In this document: positions 11,200 through 21,165 of the stretch, one piece after another
Layout: every line of letters starts with the position of its first letter
Position numbering within the stretch: the first letter of the stretch is position 1
NCBI GenBank assembly: GCA_964443395.1
Contig: CAYUCN010000001.1
Location: forward strand, 1-61,188
DNA: 61,188 bases
Direction: 5' to 3'
From: an uncultured Candidatus Saccharibacteria bacterium
Lineage (GTDB): Bacteria > Patescibacteriota > Saccharimonadia > Saccharimonadales > Saccharimonadaceae
Notes under the pieces: model-generated
Database searches by the model: none
Told to the model about the DNA's origin: nothing
Seen by the model: the letters and a program-made list of their open reading frames with translations, nothing else
Translations under genes and position numbers: made by a program

Positions 11200-11388
11200 G
11201 CCCCTTCCGCCCCGCTCCAGGGGCGGTTTTCATCTCAAAAAAACACATACCCCACTTCCTAACTACATTACTTTCCCATCCTCTAAAAACTTATGTTTTA
11301 CCTCTTGACATTTTTAGCAAAGTGTGCTACAATGGTAGTATAACATTCCTTCAAAGGACGTACATTTTAGAAAGGTAGGTTCTATATC

Positions 11389-11737
11389 ATGAACACGGCT
11401 TTTATCTCCAACATTGCTAGCCTCCCCCCTCACTGCCGCCTGCGAGCTCATCCTCCTCCTTAGCGTTATCTACACCGTTTGTGGTTTCGTCGCTCCCGTT
11501 TTCTATGCCATCCATCACTACTACAACGACACCCCGCCCCAGTACACCGCTTGGCTCAGAGCCTTCATCACCGGTGACCTCACAGCTTTCGTCCTCTCCG
11601 CTCTCTTCTGTCGCATCCTTTACCAAGTCATCGTCCTCGACCCTTTCACGCTCGCCGTCCTCGTGTTCATCCAGTTCATTGTATCCATCTTTATTCCTCT
11701 CGTCGACAAATTCGAATCTACCAACGAAGCGCATTAA
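11389..11737 (+). pseudogene. Small membrane protein frameshifted at a C6 tract
   Basis: AGAAAGGTAGG then ATG 11389 is out of frame with the hydrophobic ORF ending 11737; removing one C from 11424-11429 restores the frame. Confidence 0.6.
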
Positions 11738-11822
11738 ACTGCGCAATAGCCCCAGTCCCACTGGGGCTTTCCCTGTCCTATCATTTTATCAATTTTAACT
11801 TAAAATCTGCTATAATGTGAGT

Positions 11823-13109
11823 ATGAGCAATAGCACTAATAACTCTCACTCTTCTAAACCAGCCCACTTTAAGAAAACCGAACATTCCCCTAACATCAAG
11901 TCCACCAAACCCACCTCCAAAATCACCAATTCCGGCCACGAAAACTCTCAGTTCCCTCTCTGGGCTAATATCATAATTGCCCTATTTATAGGCATCTTCT
12001 TCATCTATCCGTTAGCCGGTAGTCTTGTTTACCTTCTCACCATACCAGATGACTCCCACCCTATAGATATAGTGCTCAAATACCCCTTTATCGTCATTAT
12101 TACCGCCATACTTGCCCTTTGTATCGCCCTTCCTATTGGCGCCATCATTGGCAAACTCCGTGCTAAACGCAAGATTCTCCAGTCCCGCCGCCAAGTCCAA
12201 CTTACTAATCCATATCAATATTACAAAGAACTCCCTAATAATTTCGGTATCGGTGTTGCTACTCTTCTTGCCAATTCCACTATTGAGAACGAAAAAGACA
12301 TCACCGCTGCCCTACTCGACCTCTGCGCCCAAGGTTATCTCCGCCTCTCTCGGCACAGTGATCGCTACGTCATCCAAATCCTCCCGCCTCCGGCCCGCAC
12401 ACCTCTCTCTAACGAAGCTTACCTGCTCGACCTCATCCACAATAATTCCCTACACAAACTCGATTACCATAAATGGTACCAGCTTTGCGTTAATGATGGC
12501 GTTTCTTTAGGCCTCTTCCGCCCTATCAAATTCCCTGCCCCTGTCAAACAGCGCCTTACTAAATCTCAACGCAAAATCACCCAAGCTAAAGCCAAAAAAG
12601 CCGAAAAGATTGTCCAGCGCTGCCTCATTATCTATTTCATCCTCGGTTTTGCCCTCATACCCCTTAGTGCCTTCCTTCTACCTTCAGAAGTTGTAGGCAC
12701 CGTCGTTGGCATCTACATCTTTAGCGGCGTTATCGTCGTCATTACTCTACTAGCCATCTATCTTATCGTTATGGCCGGATTACAATTCCGAGAAGCCTCT
12801 ACTAATACTTACAAATCCACTCTCGAACGTCACCTCCAGCGCACCGACAAAGGCGTTACTGAACTTCAAAAGCTCCTCGCCTTTAAACAATTCCTTGCTC
12901 AGTTCAATACCTTTGTTGACAAAAATCCCGAAGCCGTCATTCTCTGGGATCACTATCTATCCTATGCTCAAGTGTTCGGGCTTGCTCAAGAAATTATGAA
13001 CTCCGGATATAATCAACTCATCGACAACGCCGCTTTCAAAATAGACGACATCAACCACATTACCAAAGATAATATCCAGATTTCCGCCAACCCCACCCCG
13101 TCGTCATAA
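11823..13109 (+). CDS. DUF2207-like membrane protein
   Basis: ITAALLDLCAQGYL and C-terminal LWDHYLSYAQVFG motifs; two TM pairs. Confidence 0.7.
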   Translation: MSNSTNNSHSSKPAHFKKTEHSPNIKSTKPTSKITNSGHENSQFPLWANIIIALFIGIFFIYPLAGSLVYLLTIPDDSHPIDIVLKYPFIVIITAILALCIALPIGAIIGKLRAKRKILQSRRQVQLTNPYQYYKELPNNFGIGVATLLANSTIENEKDITAALLDLCAQGYLRLSRHSDRYVIQILPPPARTPLSNEAYLLDLIHNNSLHKLDYHKWYQLCVNDGVSLGLFRPIKFPAPVKQRLTKSQRKITQAKAKKAEKIVQRCLIIYFILGFALIPLSAFLLPSEVVGTVVGIYIFSGVIVVITLLAIYLIVMAGLQFREASTNTYKSTLERHLQRTDKGVTELQKLLAFKQFLAQFNTFVDKNPEAVILWDHYLSYAQVFGLAQEIMNSGYNQLIDNAAFKIDDINHITKDNIQISANPTPSS

Positions 13110-13133
13110 TGCGGCTCGTCACAGCTACGCCGA

Positions 13134-13430
13134 CTACGATTCTCCCCCATCATCCCCATCATCCCCCTTATCTCTTCTCTCTTCTTCCGCCTTTTTCTTT
13201 TCTATTTCTAATATTTTTTCATATAGTCTCGCCAGCCACTTCAGCAACCGATTCCTCCATGTTGAATCGTCCAGCGCCTTAATCTCTTTCCAATCTACCT
13301 TCTCATCATCTTCATCATGCACTTCTACGTTTATCTTCACGATACCGCTCGCAAATAGCCCCACTATCAACAGCGCCAACACGCCGATTATTACCAAAAG
13401 CGCCATCCCCGGCTTCATTACGCCAAACAT
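13134..13430 (-). CDS. Small membrane-anchored hypothetical protein
   Basis: N-terminal TM, charged C-terminus, purine-rich RBS. Confidence 0.55.
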   Translation of the reverse strand: MFGVMKPGMALLVIIGVLALLIVGLFASGIVKINVEVHDEDDEKVDWKEIKALDDSTWRNRLLKWLARLYEKILEIEKKKAEEERRDKGDDGDDGGES

Positions 13431-13820
13431 TATCTCATCTCTCCCCTTTACTTACTTCGATTATACCACTGATTCCCTATTCTGCCCCAAAATCGCCCAT
13501 ATTTCTTTCCTAATCCCCTCTTTTTCTTCAATACACCCCTGTCACGCCCATAATACTTCTAACATTCGCCCTACTACTTCCCTATTGCGCCTCGTCTCCA
13601 CAATTGCCCTCTTGACATACTGCTAAAGCTATGCTATAATGGAGATATAGCTGGCTTTTTGTACGCAAAAAACCTAGTACTTTAAGAAAGGAAGGTATCA
13701 ACCCACACAGTTTATTTCAACGCCCCAAGCACTACTTAATGCCTAAATGCCTACATTCATCACTTAGACACTACCAAATCCCCCATTCCAAACCATCAGC
13801 ATGTAGAAAGGAGTCATTTC

Positions 13821-14528
13821 ATGAACACCTACATCGCCTTTTGCATCCAAATCCTCACCTTCGCCACCCTCCTGGCCGGCAGCGCCATCCTGCTGCTCTG
13901 GCTCTACAGCAAATACGGCAAATCTCCGCAGCTCCTCATCGGCGCCATCGCTTCCGTCTGGGTCACGCTGGTCGTCAACGTTGTTCTCAGTATCTTCGGC
14001 CTCCGCACCATGCTAGATGAGCTCATCGCCCACCCCATTTTCACGAGCCTCCTCATCGTCACCATCCATATTTCCATCATGGCCTATTTCATCAATCATA
14101 CTACTATGGTCACACGCGTTGTCTACTTTTGTAGCTGGTGTTTCGGCATGGCTGCGCTGCAATATCTCTGTCCCGTCCAATTCGGCGCACCTGAATACGA
14201 GGCCGACGAATCAATCATTACTTTTCTCTTCATGAGCATGGGAATTATTATTCAAATTTGCGCACAATTCTTCGCCAGACATATTAATGACGATGATGAA
14301 GATCCCGAGGACTTCGAAGACCCCGACCCCTCCGGATATGACACCAGTGCCTATGCAAATTCCACTCCCAACCCAAGTTCCATCCCTAACCCCGTCTTCA
14401 CCCGCCGCATCGTCTGGCAACGCCATTCTCGCACCACTCAAGCTCAGTCCGAACCCACCCCCATCACCGCCTTAACCAAAATCACCGAGGATTGTCTTAA
14501 AAACATCCCCGACGCGCCCAAACAATAG
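13821..14528 (+). CDS. Multi-pass membrane protein with acidic/Pro-rich tail
   Basis: AGAAAGGAG RBS; about 5 TM segments; TTGACA/TATAAT promoter near 13612-13640; terminator 14595-14620. Confidence 0.7.
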   Translation: MNTYIAFCIQILTFATLLAGSAILLLWLYSKYGKSPQLLIGAIASVWVTLVVNVVLSIFGLRTMLDELIAHPIFTSLLIVTIHISIMAYFINHTTMVTRVVYFCSWCFGMAALQYLCPVQFGAPEYEADESIITFLFMSMGIIIQICAQFFARHINDDDEDPEDFEDPDPSGYDTSAYANSTPNPSSIPNPVFTRRIVWQRHSRTTQAQSEPTPITALTKITEDCLKNIPDAPKQ

Positions 14529-14720
14529 CCGCCCCAAAGCCACCCGTTTAGCATCCACCGCATACCGCAGATGCACTACAAAACCTTCCCCGCCAAGCCG
14601 CCCCACCGGGCGGCTTTTTACTTCTTTGAACTCGAAATCTTCACTAGAGTAGCGCACAAATTTTCATCAGAGCATCTTCAGGCCAAACCTATATTATGCA
14701 ATTACAGTAGATAAATACGT

Positions 14721-14862
14721 AAGTCTCTAGCGCTTTCGCTATAAGTGAGCGTTTCCCGGCTGGAGCGGGTCTGATTCACGACATAGTACAAAGTACAAGT
14801 TTGGGCTAAAACGTGATGAAGAGAGCTCCACCGGTGAACGTTAGTGAAAGCGTTAGAGACTT
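14721..14862. repeat. MITE/REP-like foldback element, family A copy 1
   Basis: AAGTCTCTAGCGCTTTCGCTA...TAGTGAAAGCGTTAGAGACTT; same ends as 27853-28123. Confidence 0.75.
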
Positions 14863-14887
14863 CCTTACGAGGTAGCACCAACGCCAA

Positions 14888-16681
14888 CTAGGATTGTAGT
14901 TCATCTGCAAACTGCGAATTATATAATTCGGCATAAAATCCATCTTGCGCTAATAGCTCCTCATGGTTCCCCTGCTCTACAATCTGCCCTTCTTTCATCA
15001 CTAAGATTAGATCCGAATTCCGAATCGTTGACAGCCTATGTGCAATCACAAACGACGTCCGCCCATGCGTTAGCTTCGCAAAAGCATCTTGAATCAACTG
15101 CTCCGTCCTAGTATCTACATTAGAAGTCGCCTCATCCAGGATCATCATCGGCGGATTCGCCACCATCGCCCGTGCAATCGTCAACAACTGCTTCTCCCCT
15201 GCCGAGATATTGTCCGAATCCTCGCTAATTTGCGTTTTATAGCCATGCGGCAAAGATTCGATAAAGTGATGGATACTTGCCATCTTCGTCGCCTTCAAAA
15301 TATCTTCATGCGTGGCATCCTTGCGCCCATAGCGCAAATTTTCTTCTATCGTCCCCGAGAACAGCCACGTATCCTGCAATACCATTCCGAACAGCTTCCG
15401 TACATCTGCCCGCTTCATCTCCTTAGTCGGCACACCGTCGATCGAAATATATCCGCTCGTTGGGTCATAGAATCTCATCAAAAGGTTAATTATCGTCGTC
15501 TTCCCTGCTCCAGTCGGGCCCACAATCGCCACTTGCATTCCCGGTCTAATCTTCACCGAAAAGTTCTTAATAATCTCTTTCTCCGGGTTATAAGAAAAAT
15601 CTACATGATGGAATTCTACTCTGCCCTGCACGTCTGTAATTACTTGCGCTGGCTCTACGTCCGGAGTCTCCTCCTTCTCTTCTAAGAATCCAAACACTCG
15701 CTCTGCCGCCGCCATCGTTGACTGGATATTAGAAGCAATCTGCGACACCCCCTGGATTGGCTGGTTAAACTGGCTCACATACTGGATAAAAGCCTGAATC
15801 TGCCCAATCGCCAGCTTCCCCTTAATCACCATATCACCACCCAACACACAGATCACCGCATAGCTCAAATTCGTCAATACATGAATAATTGGATAAGCCA
15901 AAGCCGAGAAAAATTGCGCTTTCCATCCCGTCTCGTACAATCTCTGATTCGTCCTCTCGTACTTCGCTATCGAAATTTCCTCGTGCGAATTCGCCTTAAT
16001 AATCGATTGGCCAGTATAATCTTCTTCAATCGCATTATTCAGCTCGCCTAAAGTTACCCGGTTACTTCGGTATAGAGCTTGCGCCCGTTTCGCCAAGCCA
16101 CTAATTGACAGTAACGACAACGGCAAAATCAGCAACGCCACAAACGCTAGCGGCACCGAAATCGTCAACATCATCACGAAGATCCCAACAATCGTCACTA
16201 CATCTGACAACACTTCCGACAAAATCCTTGCCAAAGACCCCGTAATCGCGTCTACATCATTACTCATTCGGCTGAGCGTGTCGCCAAACTGATTCTTATC
16301 AAAATAAGAAATCGGCAACCTAGCAATCTTCGCCACAATCTCATTACGTAACTGTTTTCCATATTCTTCCGTAGCTATCGCCAACACCACACCTTGGATA
16401 TAGTTCAATACCGCCGACCCTAAATACAGTGCTACTAGCTCTATAATCAACGTTGTAATCACACCCCAGTCAATCGCCCCCGTACTCGTAAAGCTCGTCA
16501 CCGCTTCTGTTGTAATCTGCCCCAAAATCAACGGCCCAAACAGCGACAGGATCACCGACACAATTGTCAAGATTATTGACACAATAATCAGCACCCGCCA
16601 CCGTTTCAAGTCTTTCAGAAAAGTCCGAAATGTCTTACCAAAATTCTTTGGTTTTGCCGTCTCTTGCGTCATTCTAGGCAT
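14888..16681 (-). CDS. ABC exporter ATP-binding/permease subunit
   Basis: TM domain, GPTGAGKT, ISAGEKQ, ILDEATS, IAHRLST. Confidence 0.95.
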   Translation of the reverse strand: MPRMTQETAKPKNFGKTFRTFLKDLKRWRVLIIVSIILTIVSVILSLFGPLILGQITTEAVTSFTSTGAIDWGVITTLIIELVALYLGSAVLNYIQGVVLAIATEEYGKQLRNEIVAKIARLPISYFDKNQFGDTLSRMSNDVDAITGSLARILSEVLSDVVTIVGIFVMMLTISVPLAFVALLILPLSLLSISGLAKRAQALYRSNRVTLGELNNAIEEDYTGQSIIKANSHEEISIAKYERTNQRLYETGWKAQFFSALAYPIIHVLTNLSYAVICVLGGDMVIKGKLAIGQIQAFIQYVSQFNQPIQGVSQIASNIQSTMAAAERVFGFLEEKEETPDVEPAQVITDVQGRVEFHHVDFSYNPEKEIIKNFSVKIRPGMQVAIVGPTGAGKTTIINLLMRFYDPTSGYISIDGVPTKEMKRADVRKLFGMVLQDTWLFSGTIEENLRYGRKDATHEDILKATKMASIHHFIESLPHGYKTQISEDSDNISAGEKQLLTIARAMVANPPMMILDEATSNVDTRTEQLIQDAFAKLTHGRTSFVIAHRLSTIRNSDLILVMKEGQIVEQGNHEELLAQDGFYAELYNSQFADELQS

Positions 16682-18497
16682 ATCGCACTCCTTTCTTTAT
16701 CTCCTCTACTACTTCTATATTACCGTCCTCTTTTACTGCGCACCCCCTTACCTTTCCGCGCGCCAATTCTTCCTCAAACTCTTCCTCCGACAACTGTGAT
16801 TTTGCAATTTCGTGATATACTTTACAATCATGCAACAAATCACTATGTTTACCCTTCCCTACTACCTTACCATTGTTTAGCACCACAATTTGATCCGCAT
16901 CCTTGATCGTACTAATTCTTTGCGCCACGATCAAAGTCACCGCATCTCTAGTTACCGGCTTTAGCGCCTCCCTTAGTAGTGCATCCGTCTTCATATCTAG
17001 AGCCGAGAAAGAATCGTCAAAGATATAAATATCCGGGTTCTTCGCCACTGCTCGCGCTATCGACAATCGCTGCTTCTGCCCGCCCGATACATTGCTTCCC
17101 CCTTGCGCAATATGCGCATCATAACCTTTATCCAACTTTTCAATAAATTCATCCGCCTGCGCAATCCGTGCCGCTTTTTTCATCTCCTCTTCACTAATTT
17201 CTGGCGCACCAAACATAATATTACTTTTTACCGTCCCCGCGAACAACATTCCCTTTTGCGGCACATAGCCAATCCGCCACATCAAATCGTCCTTCGCATA
17301 ATCCTGAATCGGCAATCCGTTAATCTTTACCGTACCCTCAGTCGCCTCATAAAATCTCGGCACTAAGTTGATCAAAGTCGACTTCCCCGAGCCCGTCGAG
17401 CCGATAAAAGCCGTTGTCTCCCCCGCCTTCGCTATGAAGCTCACGTCATTCAAAACCTTCTCTTCCGCTTTTTCGTAAGCAAAGCTCACATGCTCAAACT
17501 CCACCGACGGCGTCAAATCTGCCTTTCCTACCGTCCGATCTTTCCAAACGATCGCCGTCTTCGTCATCAACACCTCGTTAATACGTTTAGCCGATACGTT
17601 CGCCCTTGGCAAGATCACGAACAGCATCGTCAAGAACAAGAACGACATAATCACTTGTATCGCATATTGCATAAATGCCATCATATTCCCTAGATACGCC
17701 ATATCCTTAGTGATCAAAGACACGCCTATCCAGATACACAAAATCGTCGTCCCGTTAAACACCAAATTAATCAGCGGGTTCTGTAAAGCCATCACCTTGT
17801 TTACCCAAATCGAAAGGTCTGTCAGCTCTGTATTTGTCTTATCAAATTTCTTCTGCTCTAGACTCTCATTATTAAACGCGCGGATCACCCTGAGACCGGT
17901 CAAATTCTCCCGCGTCAACATCGTAATTCTATCTACCAACTGCTGGAAGATCTTAAACTTCGGCATCACAATTCCCAAAATAATCGCTACCAACACTAAC
18001 AGCACCACCACCGCCAAAGCAATAATCCACGTCATATCCGGCGCCGTCGCCACCGCCTGCACTATCGCCATAATCGCCATAATCGGCGCTCTTAGCAACA
18101 TCGTTAAACACATCACAATCGCTTGCTGTACCTGCTGTACGTCATTCGTCGTCCGCGTAATTAGCGAAGCCGTCGAAAAATTCTTCATATCGCTCACCGA
18201 TAAACTCAAAACTTTTTTAAACACATCGTTGCGCAAATCTCGCGCAAACGCCGTCCCCACTATCGCCGCTAATAAATTCACTATTACCGCACATCCCGAA
18301 GCCACTAGTGCATATATCACCATCCGTACGCCCGCTTCCCAGATGTAATTAAGATTATTCGCGACGATTCCATCGTTCACGATGTCCGCCATAATTGCCG
18401 GCAATTGCATCACCGACCACGCCTGCGCTGCCACTGCTACTAGCAATATCAGCACCTGCCACCAATATGATTTTAGATAACGCAAAAGTTTTAACAT
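16674..18497 (-). CDS. ABC exporter ATP-binding/permease subunit (degenerate-site partner of the heterodimer)
   Basis: GSTGSGKS, VSGGQKQR, IFDDSFS (Asp for catalytic Glu), VAQRIS (Gln for His); overlaps partner gene by 8 bp. Confidence 0.95.
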   Translation of the reverse strand: MLKLLRYLKSYWWQVLILLVAVAAQAWSVMQLPAIMADIVNDGIVANNLNYIWEAGVRMVIYALVASGCAVIVNLLAAIVGTAFARDLRNDVFKKVLSLSVSDMKNFSTASLITRTTNDVQQVQQAIVMCLTMLLRAPIMAIMAIVQAVATAPDMTWIIALAVVVLLVLVAIILGIVMPKFKIFQQLVDRITMLTRENLTGLRVIRAFNNESLEQKKFDKTNTELTDLSIWVNKVMALQNPLINLVFNGTTILCIWIGVSLITKDMAYLGNMMAFMQYAIQVIMSFLFLTMLFVILPRANVSAKRINEVLMTKTAIVWKDRTVGKADLTPSVEFEHVSFAYEKAEEKVLNDVSFIAKAGETTAFIGSTGSGKSTLINLVPRFYEATEGTVKINGLPIQDYAKDDLMWRIGYVPQKGMLFAGTVKSNIMFGAPEISEEEMKKAARIAQADEFIEKLDKGYDAHIAQGGSNVSGGQKQRLSIARAVAKNPDIYIFDDSFSALDMKTDALLREALKPVTRDAVTLIVAQRISTIKDADQIVVLNNGKVVGKGKHSDLLHDCKVYHEIAKSQLSEEEFEEELARGKVRGCAVKEDGNIEVVEEIKKGVRYA

Positions 18498-18636
18498 ATC
18501 TTCTTATTGTAAACGCCACTTTTCGCAATGTCAAGCCCGCCACCGCCCATTTTCCCTCTCCATGGTTACATTTTTTGATTCTTTAAGCCTGATTTTAACT
18601 TTTTATTTGACAGAATTCACCCTGCACTTTTCACCT

Positions 18637-18667
18637 CTAGACAAAACAGTAAAAGTGTGCTATAATG
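18637..18667 (+). promoter_or_regulatory. Sigma70-type promoter of yhhQ
   Basis: CTAGACAAAACAGTAAAAGTGTGCTATAATG. Confidence 0.7.
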
Positions 18668-18755
18668 AAGATAAGACCTAATCTAGGCCTGTGTTAGGAT
18701 GCTAAAAATCTAACTATTTAGCATCAGTTCTTTCACATCGAGAGGAGGAATTCTT

Positions 18756-19634
18756 ATGCCCGGTCCCGGAGGATTCGGTGGCCCTGGTGGTTTTGGTGGT
18801 TTTGGTGGATTCGGTGGCCCTGGTGGTCATGGCGGAATGGGTCCGCCACCACCACCTCCACCCCCGCCTTGCGCGCCAATGTGCGCTGGTGGCCATCCCG
18901 GCCACAGCAGTGGCGGCATTGGTCAACACGATGACCCGCCATCTCCGCCCCCTAGCAACACTCGCCCTCACAAACCCCAGTTTTTCAGGAGCGAACAGCA
19001 GTACGCCATTGCCATTATCATCGGTCTGCTCGCCGCTCTGCAAGCTAGCACCATGGTCGTCTCCAACATCCTTGGCAGTAAACTCTGCCAAATCGGCCCT
19101 ATTCGGTTTGACAGCGGTATCGTGCTGTTCCCATTGACCTATATCGTCACCGATCTCACCGTCGAAGTCTTTGACGATCGCATCGCCAATCGCATCGACC
19201 TCTTTACCTGTTTCTGCAACATTATTGCACTAATCAGCTTCAAAATTGCCGATCTCATCCCCGCAGCCGCCGGTTCTGGCAGCGTACAATTTGGCGTCGC
19301 GCTCGGGTTATCTACCCGCGTGATGCTGGCCAGTACCATCGCCTATTACGTTAGTCATCGGATAGACGTCAAAGTCCATTGGCAACTCTTCGGCCTCACC
19401 AAAATCCACCAGCACAAATTCCGCAGTTTCGTAAGCTCAATCATCTCCAGAATTCCTGACTTAGCCCTTTTTAATCTCATTGCCTTCTGGGGGCGCCTCG
19501 GACTGTTGCAACTGCTCTGGAACTTCATCAGCAGCTACATTCTGGCAACTTTCGTCGAGCTCATCTTGATTATCCCCGCCGGCTGGCTAGTTAATAGTCT
19601 CCGCCGCAATCTCCAAAACACACCCAATACCTAA
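18756..19634 (+). CDS. yhhQ: Queuosine precursor transporter (YhhQ/VUT family) with Gly/Pro-rich N-extension
   Basis: VSNILGSK, GIVLFPLTYIVTDLTVEVF, RVMLASTIAY, RSFVSSIISRIPD..LF..IAF; adjacent to tgt. Confidence 0.85.
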   Translation: MPGPGGFGGPGGFGGFGGFGGPGGHGGMGPPPPPPPPPCAPMCAGGHPGHSSGGIGQHDDPPSPPPSNTRPHKPQFFRSEQQYAIAIIIGLLAALQASTMVVSNILGSKLCQIGPIRFDSGIVLFPLTYIVTDLTVEVFDDRIANRIDLFTCFCNIIALISFKIADLIPAAAGSGSVQFGVALGLSTRVMLASTIAYYVSHRIDVKVHWQLFGLTKIHQHKFRSFVSSIISRIPDLALFNLIAFWGRLGLLQLLWNFISSYILATFVELILIIPAGWLVNSLRRNLQNTPNT

Positions 19635-19709
19635 CCACCTCTCGCTTCAGCCTCCCCGCTCTGGGGAGGTTTTTCTATTACATACCCCAAAATGTGTTAT
19701 AATATACGC

Positions 19710-20987
19710 ATGGAATTTATCGTTGAGAAAACTTTACCCAACGGTCTTGGCCGCGCCGGTATCATTAAAACCGCCCACGGCGAAATCAAAACCCCAGCTT
19801 TTATGGCCGTCGGGACTCATGGCTATGTACGTTTTCTCTCTAGCGCCGATTTGCATGACATTGGTGCTCAAGCTATGCTCTCTAACGGCTACCATCTTCG
19901 CCGTCAATCTCCAGCTATCGCCCAAGCTGGCGGTCTCGCCCAATGGCAACCCATCGACCAGCCCAGCAGTCAGGCGCCCGAACAAGATAGCTCACCTCAT
20001 CGTCCAGACGGCCTCTCACCCGCCCCCTGGTTTGGCCCCACTCTTACCGACAGTGGCGGCTTTCAAGTCATGTCACTTGGCTCCGGCCTCGGCAAAGTCG
20101 TTTCTATGGAGAAAGAGCGCCACATTACCAATACCGCTCACACCGAGCGCCTTGCTCACATCACCGAAGACGGCGTCCACTTTACCGACCCTTTTGACGG
20201 CCAACCAGATTTTATCAGTCCTGAAGAATCTATGCAAATCCAATGTCGCATTGGTGCTGACATCCATATGGCTTATGACGAGCTTACCTCTCTCGCCGAC
20301 ACCTACGAATATAACATCGAAGCCATGGCACGTACCGAACGCTGGGCTGAACGCAGCCTGCGCGAACACCTCAAACACCGCGACGACCTCGGTTACCGCC
20401 AAAATCTTTACGGTGTTTTACAAGGTGGTCGCTGGGAAGATCTCCGCCGCCGCACTGCCCGCAATCTTGCTAAAATGTCCGTCGATGGCGTAGAATTCGA
20501 TGGCTTCGGTCTGGGCGGCGCCTTTCTTAAAGAAGACCTTGGCGACATCCTCCGCTGGTGCAATGAAGAGCTACCCTTAGAGAAGCCTCGGCATCTCCTT
20601 GGTCTCTCTCATCCCGACGACATCTTCATTGGTACCGAAATGGGCGCCGACACCTTTGACTGTGTTGCCCCTATGCGCGAAGCTCGTCATGGCAAAATTT
20701 ACACCCTAGACGGCAATCTCAACCTCCGCCAATTCCGCGACGTTAGCCGTTCACTCGACCCTGGCTGCGATTGTCCTACCTGTCGCGCCGGCTGGACCCT
20801 TGGCAGCCTCCGCGCGCTTTGGCGTTCTGGCGACTCTGACAAAAAATCTAAATTCTACCGCCTCGCCTCTGCCCATAACCTTCGCTTTATTATCCGCCTC
20901 ACCGAGAACATCCGCGCCTCTATCCTACAAGGCGACTTTAATCAGTACAAAATCGCTTTCCTTACACGCTATTATGCTCAAAAATGA
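19710..20987 (+). CDS. tgt: tRNA-guanine transglycosylase
   Basis: HGEIKTPAFMAVGT, TDSGGFQ, GVLQGG, KPRHLLG, GADTFDCV, zinc site CDCPTC..H. Confidence 0.95.
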   Translation: MEFIVEKTLPNGLGRAGIIKTAHGEIKTPAFMAVGTHGYVRFLSSADLHDIGAQAMLSNGYHLRRQSPAIAQAGGLAQWQPIDQPSSQAPEQDSSPHRPDGLSPAPWFGPTLTDSGGFQVMSLGSGLGKVVSMEKERHITNTAHTERLAHITEDGVHFTDPFDGQPDFISPEESMQIQCRIGADIHMAYDELTSLADTYEYNIEAMARTERWAERSLREHLKHRDDLGYRQNLYGVLQGGRWEDLRRRTARNLAKMSVDGVEFDGFGLGGAFLKEDLGDILRWCNEELPLEKPRHLLGLSHPDDIFIGTEMGADTFDCVAPMREARHGKIYTLDGNLNLRQFRDVSRSLDPGCDCPTCRAGWTLGSLRALWRSGDSDKKSKFYRLASAHNLRFIIRLTENIRASILQGDFNQYKIAFLTRYYAQK

Positions 20988-21165
20988 TCTCTAATGGTAA
21001 AGTCTAAACCCCAAAGCTTGCATTACTATTATACCTAAAAAATAACCTTCCCTTCTCACTCCGTCTATGATACAATAAGAATATCACTGAGGATATTGTT
21101 TGAGCATTTTCCAACCGCTGTCTTAGATACTGCTCAAACCAAGTTCCCCTAAGCACGGAGGCATC

